From an uncultured Actinomycetes bacterium (GTDB taxonomy: Bacteria; Actinomycetota; Thermoleophilia; UBA2241), in assembly GCA_963767005.1 (NCBI GenBank), contig CAVYCN010000012.1, forward strand, positions 32,001 through 96,000: a DNA stretch of 64,000 nucleotides, written 5' to 3'. Of this stretch, positions 9,157 through 18,830 are shown in pieces. The notes under the pieces were generated by a model. That model did no database searches. It was not told the DNA's origin and saw nothing but the letters and a program-made list of their open reading frames with translations. Each line of letters starts with the position of its first letter. Positions within the stretch are counted from its first letter, which is position 1. The position numbers were made by a program, and so were the translations under genes.

Positions 9157-10479
9157 TCACTTGCCCCAGGCGCTCAGGAAGTCCCCCCAATAGGTCAATC
9201 GCGTGAAGTTGAGCTGCGTGCAGTAGTAGTCGAAGTCGACCCACTGCTCGAAGCTCGAGCCCCTGAGGGGCGGCGCCGGCGTCGCCGGCCAGAAGATGTC
9301 GATGCCGTGCACGGCGCCCTCGGCCTTCACGTGCCACTGCCAGAGCACGACCTTGCGCTCGGCCCGCAGCACCCTCGTGCAGTCGGCCTTGATCGTCGGC
9401 GACGCCACGTGCGCCCGCAGCAGCGCCGCGGCGCCGTACAGGTCGCGGACCTCAGGGTAGGTCTGGGGCGGCATGGCGGCGCGACGGCGCGCCGCGACGT
9501 AAGCGGCCTTGTGCCGGCGCAGCCCGCCCGCCAGGTCCCAGCCCAGGTCGCTCACCGCCGCGGCCAGCGCGTCCCAGTGGGTCCCGAGGCTCACCGCCGA
9601 AGCCGCCATGGTCCAGCGGTCGTGGCCCGTCTTCATGCTGCGGGCCGCGACGACGGCCAGGCCGGCCGCACTCATCGTGGGCGTGGCCTGCAGGGCGCTG
9701 AGGACGTTCTGGTAAGAGAATCCGGTGTAGCCGGTCGCGTCCTGGGAGCCGGCCATCGCGAGCGCGAAGCCGCGGAGCTGAGCCTGGACCTCGATCGTCT
9801 GGCTCAGACAGGTGTCCCAGCCGACCATGTCGACGCCGTGGACGGTCTCGAGGGCGTCGCGCAGCTCATCCATGTCGAGGTAGTCGCCGCTCGTCGCGTC
9901 CTCCATGGTGTTGCCCGGCCACCAGCCCCAGCCGTGGTCCCACAGGAACAGCGCGTAGTGCTGGGCCGGGTAGGCGGCGCGCGCCCAGTCGATAAAATCG
10001 ACGAGCGTCTGCGGCGATCCCATGTCCGTGTCGCCCCAGTCCGCCACGGCGTTGTCGGCCGTGGCCCTCATGCCCTTGGTAACGTGGAAGATCCGGGCCC
10101 CCGTCCACGAGCCGTCGGCGCTGTTGGGGAAGCGCCCGCGATCGGCCAGGGCAACGACCTGCACGTCGTCGTCGGAGCCGACCGCCGCCATCTCCTGGTC
10201 GATGTCGTGCGTGACCCACGGCTCGAGATCGAGGTCGGCCGGCGTCAGGTCCTGATCGCCGTCCATGTAGACCATCACCGTCCAGGCAGCCGTCGGCGCG
10301 GCGCTCGGCGCCGGCGTCTGGTCGGCCGCCGCCACACGGGGCGCGGCCGCGCTCAAGGCGAGCACCGCCGCGCTCGCGACGGTCACCGCGCAGACCCACG
10401 GCAGGAGGCCGGTCAGCCCACGACGCGGCCCGATCCCGGCCCGGTGAACGTGGAGCCGGTCCCGCTCGAAGAAGCCCAT
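9157..10479 (-). CDS. Secreted clostripain-family (C11) cysteine peptidase
   Basis: Signal peptide, WTVMVYMDGD, DMGSPQTL, YPAQHYALFLWDHGWGW, GWDTCL. Confidence 0.85.
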   Translation of the reverse strand: MGFFERDRLHVHRAGIGPRRGLTGLLPWVCAVTVASAAVLALSAAAPRVAAADQTPAPSAAPTAAWTVMVYMDGDQDLTPADLDLEPWVTHDIDQEMAAVGSDDDVQVVALADRGRFPNSADGSWTGARIFHVTKGMRATADNAVADWGDTDMGSPQTLVDFIDWARAAYPAQHYALFLWDHGWGWWPGNTMEDATSGDYLDMDELRDALETVHGVDMVGWDTCLSQTIEVQAQLRGFALAMAGSQDATGYTGFSYQNVLSALQATPTMSAAGLAVVAARSMKTGHDRWTMAASAVSLGTHWDALAAAVSDLGWDLAGGLRRHKAAYVAARRRAAMPPQTYPEVRDLYGAAALLRAHVASPTIKADCTRVLRAERKVVLWQWHVKAEGAVHGIDIFWPATPAPPLRGSSFEQWVDFDYYCTQLNFTRLTYWGDFLSAWGK

Positions 10480-10585
10480 CGCCCCTCCTTCCGATCGCTC
10501 TCTGGCCGCCGGCCCGATCCGCGGTCGACGTCACGTCGCTCGTGACCATAGTGCAAGCGTGCGCGAGAGTGAAGCCGGACGCGCC

Positions 10586-12253
10586 TCACCGTACGGCGGG
10601 GAGCCGCCGCCGTGGACGGGCGCGCCTCGCCAGCTCGCGCGGCAGGACGCCGAGGAACCCCTGGACGGCGATCGTCCGGGCGGAGCGCCGCAGGCCGGCG
10701 GCATGGTCCAGGTAGAGGGGTGCCAGCACGACGCGGCGCTCCTCGAGCTGCGCCGTCGTCGCGCAGACCTCGACGTGCTCTATCTCCGCCAGCACGTCGG
10801 CGACCAGCCGCCGCTGCCATTCAGGGCGGGCGGCGCGTCGCTCCGCGATCGCCCGGCCGGCCCGCGCCCGGGCGGCGCGGCCGCGCTTGATGGCGAGCAG
10901 GGCGGTCGCGGTCCAGCCCATGGGCTCGTCGGGTACCATCTCGGTCGGCAGGCCGGCCGCGGCGCGCCCGAACAGGCGCGCCGCGTCCTCGGCGCCGAGG
11001 CGAGGGTCGATCACGCGGCCGGCGGCATCGACGGCGACGAACTCGAAGGCGCCGCCGAGCATGTTGGCGACATTCAGCAGGCGCGCCTCGAGCTCGTCAG
11101 CGAGCTCGTCGAGCCCCTCGCGGCGCAGGCCGCGCGCTGCGACGGCGGTGTCGACCGGCCAGACGTTCTCGTGATAGCTGCGAAAGCGCGGGTTGTGGTC
11201 GGACAGGCCACGGCCGCGCAGGCCGGCGTCGCTCAGCAGCTCCGGCGAGAAGAGCATGCGCACGACGCCGTCGACGAGCTCCGCGCGCCGGCCGGCCGGC
11301 AGGTCGTCGAAGAAGCCCGCGGCGAGCATCAGCCCCGGATCCGACTGGATCGAGCGCAGCAGGCGCCGCGAGCCGTCGGGCGCGCGGTCGATCGCGTGGC
11401 CGAAGAAGCGGCGCTCCGGCAGGCGGAACCGCTCGATCGTCGCGTCGCGCACGGTGTTCGCCAACGTCCGCAGCCGTTCGGGCGCGCGGATCCCGAGGTC
11501 GGCGGCGGCGGAGAGCGCCGCGACGGCAAGCACCTGCACGTCGAGGTAGGCCACCGGCCGCAGTACGTTCGGCATGCGACCGCGCTCGTCGCAGTTCGAC
11601 GTCGGACCGTCGCGCCAGACCTGCTGGAGCGCCAGCGGGTTCGACTGGCCGAGCTCCACCAGGCCGGCGTCGCTCACGTGCCCCTCGATCCAGCCGCAGG
11701 CGCGGACCGCGGCCTCGCCCAGCGTCGCCGCGGCACCGCCCGGCACCGGCAGGTCGAGGATGGCCCGGTCGCGCCGCGCGAGCGCGGCGACCAGCAGCAC
11801 GAAGAGCGGGGTCGAGTCGGAGGCGAAGTACGTCGTGTACCCCGCCGGTGTGCCGCCCCACAGCGGCGCGAGCACCAGGCCGAACACGGCCTTGAGCCAG
11901 AGCGGCGCCCGCCAGCCCAGCATGTCGCGGCGTTCGTTGTGGATGCGACCCGGCTCCTCCTCGGAGAGCGTGCGGTAGCGACGGCCCTGCAGCGCCGCGA
12001 GGGCGAGCGCCGTGTCGACGGCGGCGCGCGGCTCGATGTCGAGAAGATCGAACGCGGTCACGGCGCGGTCGCGCGCCCAGAGGCTGTGGTTGAAGAGCAG
12101 GCCGGCGCTCGTGTCGACGCCGGTGCCGTCACCGTCGCGCAGCATGGCCGCGACGAGCCGCCCGACCGCCGGCGGCGCCGCGGGGCGGTGGGGTCGGTCG
12201 CCGGCGCCGCCCGCCCCGTCGGGCGCCGGCGCCATGACGCGCGCGACGGTCAA
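10586..12253 (-). CDS. Amylo-alpha-1,6-glucosidase-like (alpha/alpha)6 glycoside hydrolase
   Basis: WARD, EEPGRIHNE, YFASDSTPLF, QVWRDG, SYHENVWPVDT motifs. Confidence 0.7.
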   Translation of the reverse strand: MTVARVMAPAPDGAGGAGDRPHRPAAPPAVGRLVAAMLRDGDGTGVDTSAGLLFNHSLWARDRAVTAFDLLDIEPRAAVDTALALAALQGRRYRTLSEEEPGRIHNERRDMLGWRAPLWLKAVFGLVLAPLWGGTPAGYTTYFASDSTPLFVLLVAALARRDRAILDLPVPGGAAATLGEAAVRACGWIEGHVSDAGLVELGQSNPLALQQVWRDGPTSNCDERGRMPNVLRPVAYLDVQVLAVAALSAAADLGIRAPERLRTLANTVRDATIERFRLPERRFFGHAIDRAPDGSRRLLRSIQSDPGLMLAAGFFDDLPAGRRAELVDGVVRMLFSPELLSDAGLRGRGLSDHNPRFRSYHENVWPVDTAVAARGLRREGLDELADELEARLLNVANMLGGAFEFVAVDAAGRVIDPRLGAEDAARLFGRAAAGLPTEMVPDEPMGWTATALLAIKRGRAARARAGRAIAERRAARPEWQRRLVADVLAEIEHVEVCATTAQLEERRVVLAPLYLDHAAGLRRSARTIAVQGFLGVLPRELARRARPRRRLPAVR

Positions 12254-12738
12254 GCGGCCGTGGCGCGGGCGGCGCGCGCCTGCTCGATCGCCGCGAGCAG
12301 CGCGTCCGGTTCGTCGCTGCCGATCGTGAAGGTGCGCCCCTCGGGCAGCGTCAGTTCCACCGCCCGGCGGCCCGAGACGTTGTACATCCAGCCGCCGGCG
12401 GTCTTGCGGATGCCCCAGCCGCGGTGCCAGGGCACGGTCACGACGGTGGCCGCCTCGACCTCGTCGAGGGCCACGCGGTGCGACAGCAGCCCACCGGCGA
12501 AGCCCACCGTCACGCCCTCGCCGTCGACCGTCACACGCTGCGTCGAAAACAGCCCCAGCGCGGTCCCCAGGACGATCGCGCGGGGCACCGACACCCAGGC
12601 CCAGCGCCGCTGCTTGCGCACGTCGCGTATCGCTTTGGCGAGTTGGGTGGCAAAGCCGACGGTGAGACCGGCGAGCGTCACGTAGCCGATCTGGGTGTGT
12701 CGATAGGGCAGGACGGCGTACTGCGCCTCGTGATCCAT
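12250..12738 (-). CDS. Small membrane protein, two TM segments plus PH-like domain
   Basis: YRHTQIG, GWGIRK..WMYNVSG..IGSDEP pattern. Confidence 0.6.
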   Translation of the reverse strand: MDHEAQYAVLPYRHTQIGYVTLAGLTVGFATQLAKAIRDVRKQRRWAWVSVPRAIVLGTALGLFSTQRVTVDGEGVTVGFAGGLLSHRVALDEVEAATVVTVPWHRGWGIRKTAGGWMYNVSGRRAVELTLPEGRTFTIGSDEPDALLAAIEQARAARATAA

Positions 12739-12882
12739 GTCGTGACCCCCTGTCGTGTCGGTCCTCGCCGTGGCCAGCCTACAACCTGGCGGCCTCGATC
12801 GAGGCGTTGAGCGGAAGCGGCGCACCTCGCGGCCCGGCCGCGAGGTGCGCCGCTCCTTGCTTCCGGGTACGAAGATGGTGAG

Positions 12883-13719
12883 ATGGACGTCTTCTGGATC
12901 ATCGTCGTCGCGCTGATCGTCGCGCTCTGGCTGGTGCCCGTGCTGCTGCGGCGGCGGCGCTTGCGCCGCCGCCGCGCTCTGCTGCGCGTGCTGGAGCAGG
13001 CCCGCGGCTCACGGGTCGTCACCATGATCCATCGCCAGGAGTCGATGCGCTTCCTGGGGATCCCGTTCGGCGGCATGATCGACGTCGACGACGCCGAGCA
13101 GGTGCTGCGCGCCATCCGCCTGACCCCCGACGAGATGCCGATCGACCTGATCCTGCACACGCCCGGCGGTCTCGTGCTGGCCTCCGACCAGATCGCCTAC
13201 GCGCTCAAGCGGCACCCCGGCCGGGTCACCGTGATCGTGCCGCACTACGCCATGTCGGGCGGCACGCTCGTCGCCCTCGCGGCCGACCGCATCGCCATGG
13301 ACCGCGACGCCGTGCTCGGCCCGGTCGACCCGCAGCTCGGCGCCCTGCCGCACGGCTTCTGGCCGGCCGTCTCGATCCTCGCCGCCCTCGAGGCGCCCAA
13401 CCCCAACCGCAACGACCAGACGCTGATCATGGGCGACATGGCGCGCAAGGCGATCGACCAGGTCCACGACACGGTCCGCGAGCTGCTGCTCGACGAGCAT
13501 GGCCCCGACGACGCCGAGCGCATCGCCGCACTGCTCAGCCACGGCCGCTGGACGCATGACTTCCCGATCCGCTTCGATCACGCCACCGCGATCGGGCTGC
13601 CGGTGAGCGACGAGGTGCCGGCCGCCGTCTACGACCTCATGGCGCTGTACCCGCAGCGCGGGCAGCGCCGGCCGTCGGTCGAGTACGTTCCTGTGCCCTA
13701 CCAAAGCGACGGGTCCTGA
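12883..13719 (+). CDS. SDH/Clp-fold serine protease with N-terminal TM
   Basis: IHRQE, LILHTPGG, YAMSGGTLVALAAD, LGPVDPQL, WTHDFP. Confidence 0.85.
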   Translation: MDVFWIIVVALIVALWLVPVLLRRRRLRRRRALLRVLEQARGSRVVTMIHRQESMRFLGIPFGGMIDVDDAEQVLRAIRLTPDEMPIDLILHTPGGLVLASDQIAYALKRHPGRVTVIVPHYAMSGGTLVALAADRIAMDRDAVLGPVDPQLGALPHGFWPAVSILAALEAPNPNRNDQTLIMGDMARKAIDQVHDTVRELLLDEHGPDDAERIAALLSHGRWTHDFPIRFDHATAIGLPVSDEVPAAVYDLMALYPQRGQRRPSVEYVPVPYQSDGS

Positions 13720-13984
13720 AGGTCCGCACGCCGGTCGCGAGGCGCGGAGCGCCCCGCCAGGTCGCCGCCGCCCGCACGCCCGTCCGCGGTCCCTCTTCCT
13801 CTGCGCGCGACGGCTAGATCAGGGCGACGCCGCGTAACGGTTTGCGCCACACGGTCTCGTGGTCAATGACCCTGCACGAAGGCCCGGACGCCGCCGCCAG
13901 GGGGCGCGCGAACGGCGCGCCGCGTGTGCGGGCGCGGGCGGCGGACGGCCGGCGAGCCGTACCCGCGAGCGGAAGGGAGACGCC

Positions 13985-14440
13985 ATGGCATTCAGTGACA
14001 ATCGCGTGAGGGTGATGCGTGCGGCCGGCGCCGCGAGCGCGGCGGCGCCGTACGTCAGGCGCATCGTGACCGACGACGAGCTGCGCAGCGACCTGCGCGC
14101 CCTCATGGCCGCGGCGCGGCACCTGTTCGAGGGGCTGGCCGAGAGCGGCCCGTCGAAGCTCCTCGACAACGACGTGCGCAAGGACCTCGACCGCATCATC
14201 GCGTCGCTGCAGGGCGCCGGCGACCGTGTCGTCCACGTCCGCCAGCGCGGCGCCTGGGGGCGCTGGGTGCTCGGCGGCGTCTTCATCGGCGGCGCCATCG
14301 CCGGCCTGCTGATCTACCCGACGACGCGCCGGCAGCTCATGCGGGCCGTCGGCATGAGCCAGGGCGACGCCTGGGTCGACACGGCCTCGGACAACGGCGC
14401 CGGCGCCGCGGAGCGCGACCGGACGCAGATGGCCGCCTGA
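13985..14440 (+). CDS. Hypothetical membrane-anchored protein
   Basis: ATG after AAGGGAG; one hydrophobic segment followed by P..RR. Confidence 0.6.
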   Translation: MAFSDNRVRVMRAAGAASAAAPYVRRIVTDDELRSDLRALMAAARHLFEGLAESGPSKLLDNDVRKDLDRIIASLQGAGDRVVHVRQRGAWGRWVLGGVFIGGAIAGLLIYPTTRRQLMRAVGMSQGDAWVDTASDNGAGAAERDRTQMAA

Positions 14441-14444
14441 GACA

Positions 14445-14491
14445 CGGGCGGGCGCCCGGGCCTGTCCCCCTCGGGCCCGGGCGCCCGCCCG
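14445..14491. terminator. Hairpin between convergent genes
   Basis: 18-bp perfect stem. Confidence 0.6.
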
Positions 14492-14501
14492 CCGGGCGCG
14501 C

Positions 14502-15710
14502 CTAGCGCGCCACCATGAGCTTCTTGACCGCCGCCTGCAGGCCGTCGAGCGAGAGTTCGTACATGGGCACCACCTCGGCCACCATGCCAATCGTGCGCGC
14601 CCCGTAGGCCCAGGCCCACTGGTCCCGCGGGATCGTGTTGAGCCAGGCCGCGTGCTCGAAGTGCCGGCGCAGCCGGCGCAGCCACTCGATCCCCGGCTCG
14701 TCGTTGGAGGAGCCCCACCAGATGATGCCGTGCCGGCTGAGCAGCTCGCTCGGCGCCATCGCGGCGTCGCCGACGATGATCAGCTTGTAGTCGGGCGGCA
14801 AGTCGTGGAGCACCCGCGCGGTCGAGACGGCGCGGCGACTCGTCATGTCGGTATCGGCGTACAGCCTGTCGTAGATACAGTTGTGGAAGTAGTAGGTCCG
14901 CAGGTCCCTGAAGTGGGTCTGGCTGTTCACCGCGCTGAAGAGCTGGCTGCACAGGCTGATGTAGGGGTGCATCGAGCCGCCCACGTCCATGGCGAGCAGC
15001 ACCTTGACGGAGTTCTTGCGGCTCTTGCGCCAGACGAGCGACAGGCGACCGGCGTGGTCGGCCGTCTCGTCGATCGTCTCGTCCAGGTCGAGCTCGTCGG
15101 GCAGGCCCTCGTTGCGGCTGCTGAGCTGGCGCAGGCGCCGCAACGCGAGCTCGAACTGCCGCACGCCGACCTTCACGTCGGTCCGATAGCCGCGATAGCG
15201 GCGCTCGCCGGCGACCTTCACGGCGCTGCGGTTGCGACTCTCGCCGCCCACCCTGATGCCGCCGGGGTGAAAGCCGGAGTGGCCGAAAGGCGACGTGCCG
15301 CCCGTGCCGACCCACTTGTTGCCGCCGTGGTGGGCCTCGGTCTGCTCGGCGAGGCGCTGCTCGAAGAGGCGCTGCAGCTCGTCGAGGTCGAGGTCGTCGA
15401 GCAGCGCCGCCAGGGTGCGCTTCTCGTCGTCGGAGAGACCCGCCAGGGCGAGCGGGTCGGCGAGCCAGTCCCAGACCTCGTCGACGATCTCGACGGGCGT
15501 CTCGATGCCCTCGAAGCAGGCGGCGAAGGCCTGATCGTACTGGTCGTAGAACGTCTCGGACTTCACGAGGATGCCGCGCGCGAGCGCGTAGAACTGCTCG
15601 AGGCTCGACAGAGCGAGGCCCTCGGACAGGGCGCGCATGAGCATGAGCCATTCGGTGACCGTGACCGGCACGCCGTAGGCCCGCAGCAAAAAGAAGAAGC
15701 GCGTGAACAT
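14502..15710 (-). CDS. VWA-domain protein (CoxE-like partner of MoxR)
   Basis: HHGGNKWVGTGGTSPFG, DVGGSM MIDAS-like motif, YFHNCIY, VGDA. Confidence 0.85.
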   Translation of the reverse strand: MFTRFFFLLRAYGVPVTVTEWLMLMRALSEGLALSSLEQFYALARGILVKSETFYDQYDQAFAACFEGIETPVEIVDEVWDWLADPLALAGLSDDEKRTLAALLDDLDLDELQRLFEQRLAEQTEAHHGGNKWVGTGGTSPFGHSGFHPGGIRVGGESRNRSAVKVAGERRYRGYRTDVKVGVRQFELALRRLRQLSSRNEGLPDELDLDETIDETADHAGRLSLVWRKSRKNSVKVLLAMDVGGSMHPYISLCSQLFSAVNSQTHFRDLRTYYFHNCIYDRLYADTDMTSRRAVSTARVLHDLPPDYKLIIVGDAAMAPSELLSRHGIIWWGSSNDEPGIEWLRRLRRHFEHAAWLNTIPRDQWAWAYGARTIGMVAEVVPMYELSLDGLQAAVKKLMVAR

Positions 15711-15717
15711 GGCCGCC

Positions 15718-16038
15718 TCAGCCGCCGGCTTGCTCGAAGAGCAGCAGGAGCGCGCGCTGGCCGGCGGCGATCTCGGCCTTGTGAGCGTGCACCTCGCCCG
15801 CCTCGATGACGAACACGTCACCGGCGGCGAGCCGGTCCAGCCCCGTCCGTGTACGCAGCGTGAGGGCGCCCTCGAGCACCCGCCCCGCGTGGCCGTTCGT
15901 GCACCAGTCAGGTTCGACGAAGCCCGCCGAGAGCTCGAGCAGCCGCACCCGGCTGTCGCCGCGCACGGCCTCTTTGCAGCGGCTGCCCGCGGCGAGCTGC
16001 CGCCAGGGCATGGTCGCGAAGTCGATCAGCGTGTCCAC
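15718..16038 (-). CDS. Cupin-domain protein
   Basis: WCTNGHAGRVLEG...GDVFVI..HAH. Confidence 0.7.
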   Translation of the reverse strand: MDTLIDFATMPWRQLAAGSRCKEAVRGDSRVRLLELSAGFVEPDWCTNGHAGRVLEGALTLRTRTGLDRLAAGDVFVIEAGEVHAHKAEIAAGQRALLLLFEQAGG

Positions 16039-16084
16039 GGTCGGTGCGCCCCCCCGTCATCGAGGCTCCCGCCGGCGCCGCTCT

Positions 16085-16333
16085 CTAGCGCCGGCGACGC
16101 TTGGCGCCGCCACGCGGCGCCCGCGAGCGACTGGCCTGCCGCCCGCCGCCGGGCCGGTCACCCCGCGACGCGCCGCCGGAGCGACCGCCGCGGCCGGGCG
16201 GCGCCCCCGGCCCGCCGCGCCGCGTCCGCGACCACCAGGTCAACGCCATCAGCACGATGACGGCGAGCGACGGCACGAGCAGGATCGCGAGGTGGTGCCA
16301 GTTGACGTGGCCGGCGGCTACGGTGGCGATCAC
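16085..16333 (-). CDS. Possible small membrane protein
   Basis: One TM segment, basic tail, co-oriented within the operon. Confidence 0.4.
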   Translation of the reverse strand: MIATVAAGHVNWHHLAILLVPSLAVIVLMALTWWSRTRRGGPGAPPGRGGRSGGASRGDRPGGGRQASRSRAPRGGAKRRRR

Positions 16334-16345
16334 GACGCGACCCCG

Positions 16346-17206
16346 CTAACGCCGGCCGCGGCCCGACTGCAGCGCGTCGACGGCGACGTCGACGTCGTGG
16401 TCCTTCTTGAGCAGCACGCCGATGAAGGGCATGGTGGCGACGATGTCCTCGTGGCGCACGCCGCCGACCTGGAGCGCCTGCACCCAGTCGATGAGCTCGC
16501 TCGTCGACGGTCTCTTCTGCAGGCCGGAGACACCGCGCAGCCAGTAGAAGGCCTGCAGGGCGAGCTGCAGCAGCCGCTGGTCGAGATGGGGGTGATGCAC
16601 GCGCACGATGCGCTCCATCATGGCCCCATCGGGGAACTCGATGAAGTGAAAGACGCAGCGCCGCAGGAACGCGTCGGGCAGCTCCTTCTCGGCGTTCGAC
16701 GTGATGATCACGACGGGGCGCTGCACGGCGCGCACGGTCTCGCGCGTCTCGGGGATGGAGAACTCCATCTGGTCGAGCTCCCAGAGCAGGTCGTTGGGAA
16801 ACTCGATGTCGGCCTTGTCGATCTCGTCGATCAGCAGCACGCAGCGCTCGGCCGACGTGAAGGACTCGCCGACCTTGCCGAGCTTGATGTAGTGACCGAT
16901 GTCGGCGACGTCGCCGTCGCCGAACTGGCCGTCGTAGAGGCGCTGCACCGTGTCGTAGACGTAGAGGCCGTCCTGCGCCTTGGTCGTCGACTTGATGTTC
17001 CAGGCGATCAGCGGCATCGATAGACCCCGGGCGATGCTCTGGGCGAGCATCGTCTTGCCGGTGCCCGGCTCGCCCTTGATGAGCAGCGGCCGCGTCAGCG
17101 TCATCGCGACGTTGACGGTCTGCATGAGCTCGGGGGAGGCGATGTAGTCGGCGGTGCCGGCGTAGGCGCCGACGCCGGACGGCGTGTCGGACGACGGAGG
17201 GTTCAC
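16346..17206 (-). CDS. MoxR-type AAA+ ATPase (CoxD-like)
   Basis: GEPGTGKT, LLIDEIDKAD, ELPDAFLRRC. Confidence 0.9.
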   Translation of the reverse strand: MNPPSSDTPSGVGAYAGTADYIASPELMQTVNVAMTLTRPLLIKGEPGTGKTMLAQSIARGLSMPLIAWNIKSTTKAQDGLYVYDTVQRLYDGQFGDGDVADIGHYIKLGKVGESFTSAERCVLLIDEIDKADIEFPNDLLWELDQMEFSIPETRETVRAVQRPVVIITSNAEKELPDAFLRRCVFHFIEFPDGAMMERIVRVHHPHLDQRLLQLALQAFYWLRGVSGLQKRPSTSELIDWVQALQVGGVRHEDIVATMPFIGVLLKKDHDVDVAVDALQSGRGRR

Positions 17207-17255
17207 GGGTGTCGCGGGCCTTCCTCGCTTGGGTCAGGGACCGCGCGGAAGTCTA

Positions 17256-17320
17256 CCAAGGCGGGCGGCGAGCCGAAACCCCGCCGGGCTCCCAAGGCGG
17301 GCGGTGAGCCGAAACCCCGC
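17256..17320. repeat. 29-bp direct repeat, period 36
   Basis: CCAAGGCGGGCGG(C/T)GAGCCGAAACCCCGC at 17256 and 17292. Confidence 0.8.
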
Positions 17321-17420
17321 GGGCGCTGAGACGCGTGTACCGGAGGCCATCTGAACGCACGCGGCCGGCGCCACGCTCTCCTTCGCGTCGCCGGCCGCTG
17401 GGCGATCTGTCCGATTATCA

Positions 17421-17434
17421 TTCGTATGTACGAA
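17421..17434. promoter_or_regulatory. Palindrome TTCGTAtgTACGAA, candidate TetR operator
   Basis: AT-rich inverted repeat between the divergent moxR and tetR genes. Confidence 0.45.
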
Positions 17435-17508
17435 CGACTATCGGAAGTCTAGACTGGGCAGCTGGAAGGTGTCAACCGCGGCCGGGGGCGCGAGGTGACC
17501 GCGATCAC

Positions 17509-18180
17509 GTGAGCGCGAGCGACGATCAGCAGACAGGCGGGCCGCCCGCCGAGGGCGAGCGGCAGCGTCGCCGGCGCGACGGCTCGACCGCCGCTCGCCT
17601 GGTGGCGGCGGCGCGCGTCGTGCTCGCCCGCGGCGGACCGCAGGCGCTCACCGTGCAGGCCGTCGCAGAGGAGGCCGGCACCTACCCCGACGCCGTGCGC
17701 TACCACTTCGGCGGCAAGGCCGGCCTGGTGTCGGCCGTCGTCGAGTCGCTCGCCGACGACCCGCGCTTCTGGGCGATCGCCCGCGACTCCGGCACCGCGC
17801 CGCGCGCCGACGTGCTGCGCCGCCTGCTCGAGGCCGACCGCGACCTGCTCCTCGACGACGGCTCGTACCGCGACTTCTACGCGCTGCTGTCGGGCATCGT
17901 CCTCGACGCCGAGCTACGCGAACGGGTGGCGGTGCTCTACCGCGGCTACCGCGCGATGTACGCGGGCGTCGTGAGCAGCGAGGGCGGTTTCTCGGCCGAC
18001 GAGCTGCACGCGCTCGAGACGCTCATGATCGCTGTGATCGACGGCTTGGCCGTGCAGAAGCTCCTCGACCCCGACAGTGTCAGGCTCGACGTGGTGCTGC
18101 CGTTCTGGGAGCACGTGCTCGAGCTCGTCTTCGCCCGCGTGAGCGACCGCGAGCCCGGTCCCGCGCCGGGCCAGCCCTAG
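17509..18180 (+). CDS. TetR-family transcriptional regulator
   Basis: LTVQAVAEEAG..VRYHFGGKAGL HTH; DGLAVQ C-terminal motif. Confidence 0.85.
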   Translation: MSASDDQQTGGPPAEGERQRRRRDGSTAARLVAAARVVLARGGPQALTVQAVAEEAGTYPDAVRYHFGGKAGLVSAVVESLADDPRFWAIARDSGTAPRADVLRRLLEADRDLLLDDGSYRDFYALLSGIVLDAELRERVAVLYRGYRAMYAGVVSSEGGFSADELHALETLMIAVIDGLAVQKLLDPDSVRLDVVLPFWEHVLELVFARVSDREPGPAPGQP

Positions 18181-18830
18181 GCGAGCTCCTCGCGGATCGT
18201 GCACTCGGCGCCGGGCCCCGCGATGATCAAGAGCTGGTCGCCGGACTGGACCACCGTGTCGGGCTGCGGCATGACGATCTGCGTATCGTGCAGGAGCGCC
18301 GCGATCACGCAGCCCGCGGGCAGGCCGAGCTCCTTCATGGTCTTGCCGGCGGCCCAGTGGCCCTCGTTGATCGACATCGACGACACCGTGACCTCGCCCT
18401 CGCGCAGGTCGAGCAGGGTGACGACATCGGCGAGCGTGGCCTCTTCCTCGATCAGCTTGGTGACGATCTCGGCCGAGTCGATGGCCACATCGACGCCCCA
18501 GCTGCGGTTGTAGAGCCAGCGGTTGCGCGGGTTGCGCACCGCCGCGATCACTTTGCGCACCTTGTACTCGTTCTTGGCGAGCAGGCTCGCGACCAGATTG
18601 TCCTCGTCGTGCCCCGTGGAGGCTACGAACACGTCGGCACGGTCGACGCCGGCCTCGAAAAGTACCGACGGCTCGTCGGCGTCGCCGACCAGCACCTTCA
18701 CGCCGAGCTCCTCCTCGAGGGCCTTGGCCCGGTCGCTCGCCTGCTCGATCACGAGGACCTCGTGATCGTCGCGCGTGTACATGGCGACGCGGCGTCCGAG
18801 GGTGCCCGCCCCAGCGATCACGATCCTCAT
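18177..18830 (-). CDS. TrkA/KtrA-family RCK protein
   Basis: IVIAGAGTLG, GDAD, TGHDEDNL, RCK_C domain. Confidence 0.9.
   Translation of the reverse strand: MRIVIAGAGTLGRRVAMYTRDDHEVLVIEQASDRAKALEEELGVKVLVGDADEPSVLFEAGVDRADVFVASTGHDEDNLVASLLAKNEYKVRKVIAAVRNPRNRWLYNRSWGVDVAIDSAEIVTKLIEEEATLADVVTLLDLREGEVTVSSMSINEGHWAAGKTMKELGLPAGCVIAALLHDTQIVMPQPDTVVQSGDQLLIIAGPGAECTIREELA

Noticed and set aside
17256-17320. 29-bp direct repeat as a mini-CRISPR
   Set aside because: Only two copies, a 7-nt spacer and no cas genes.
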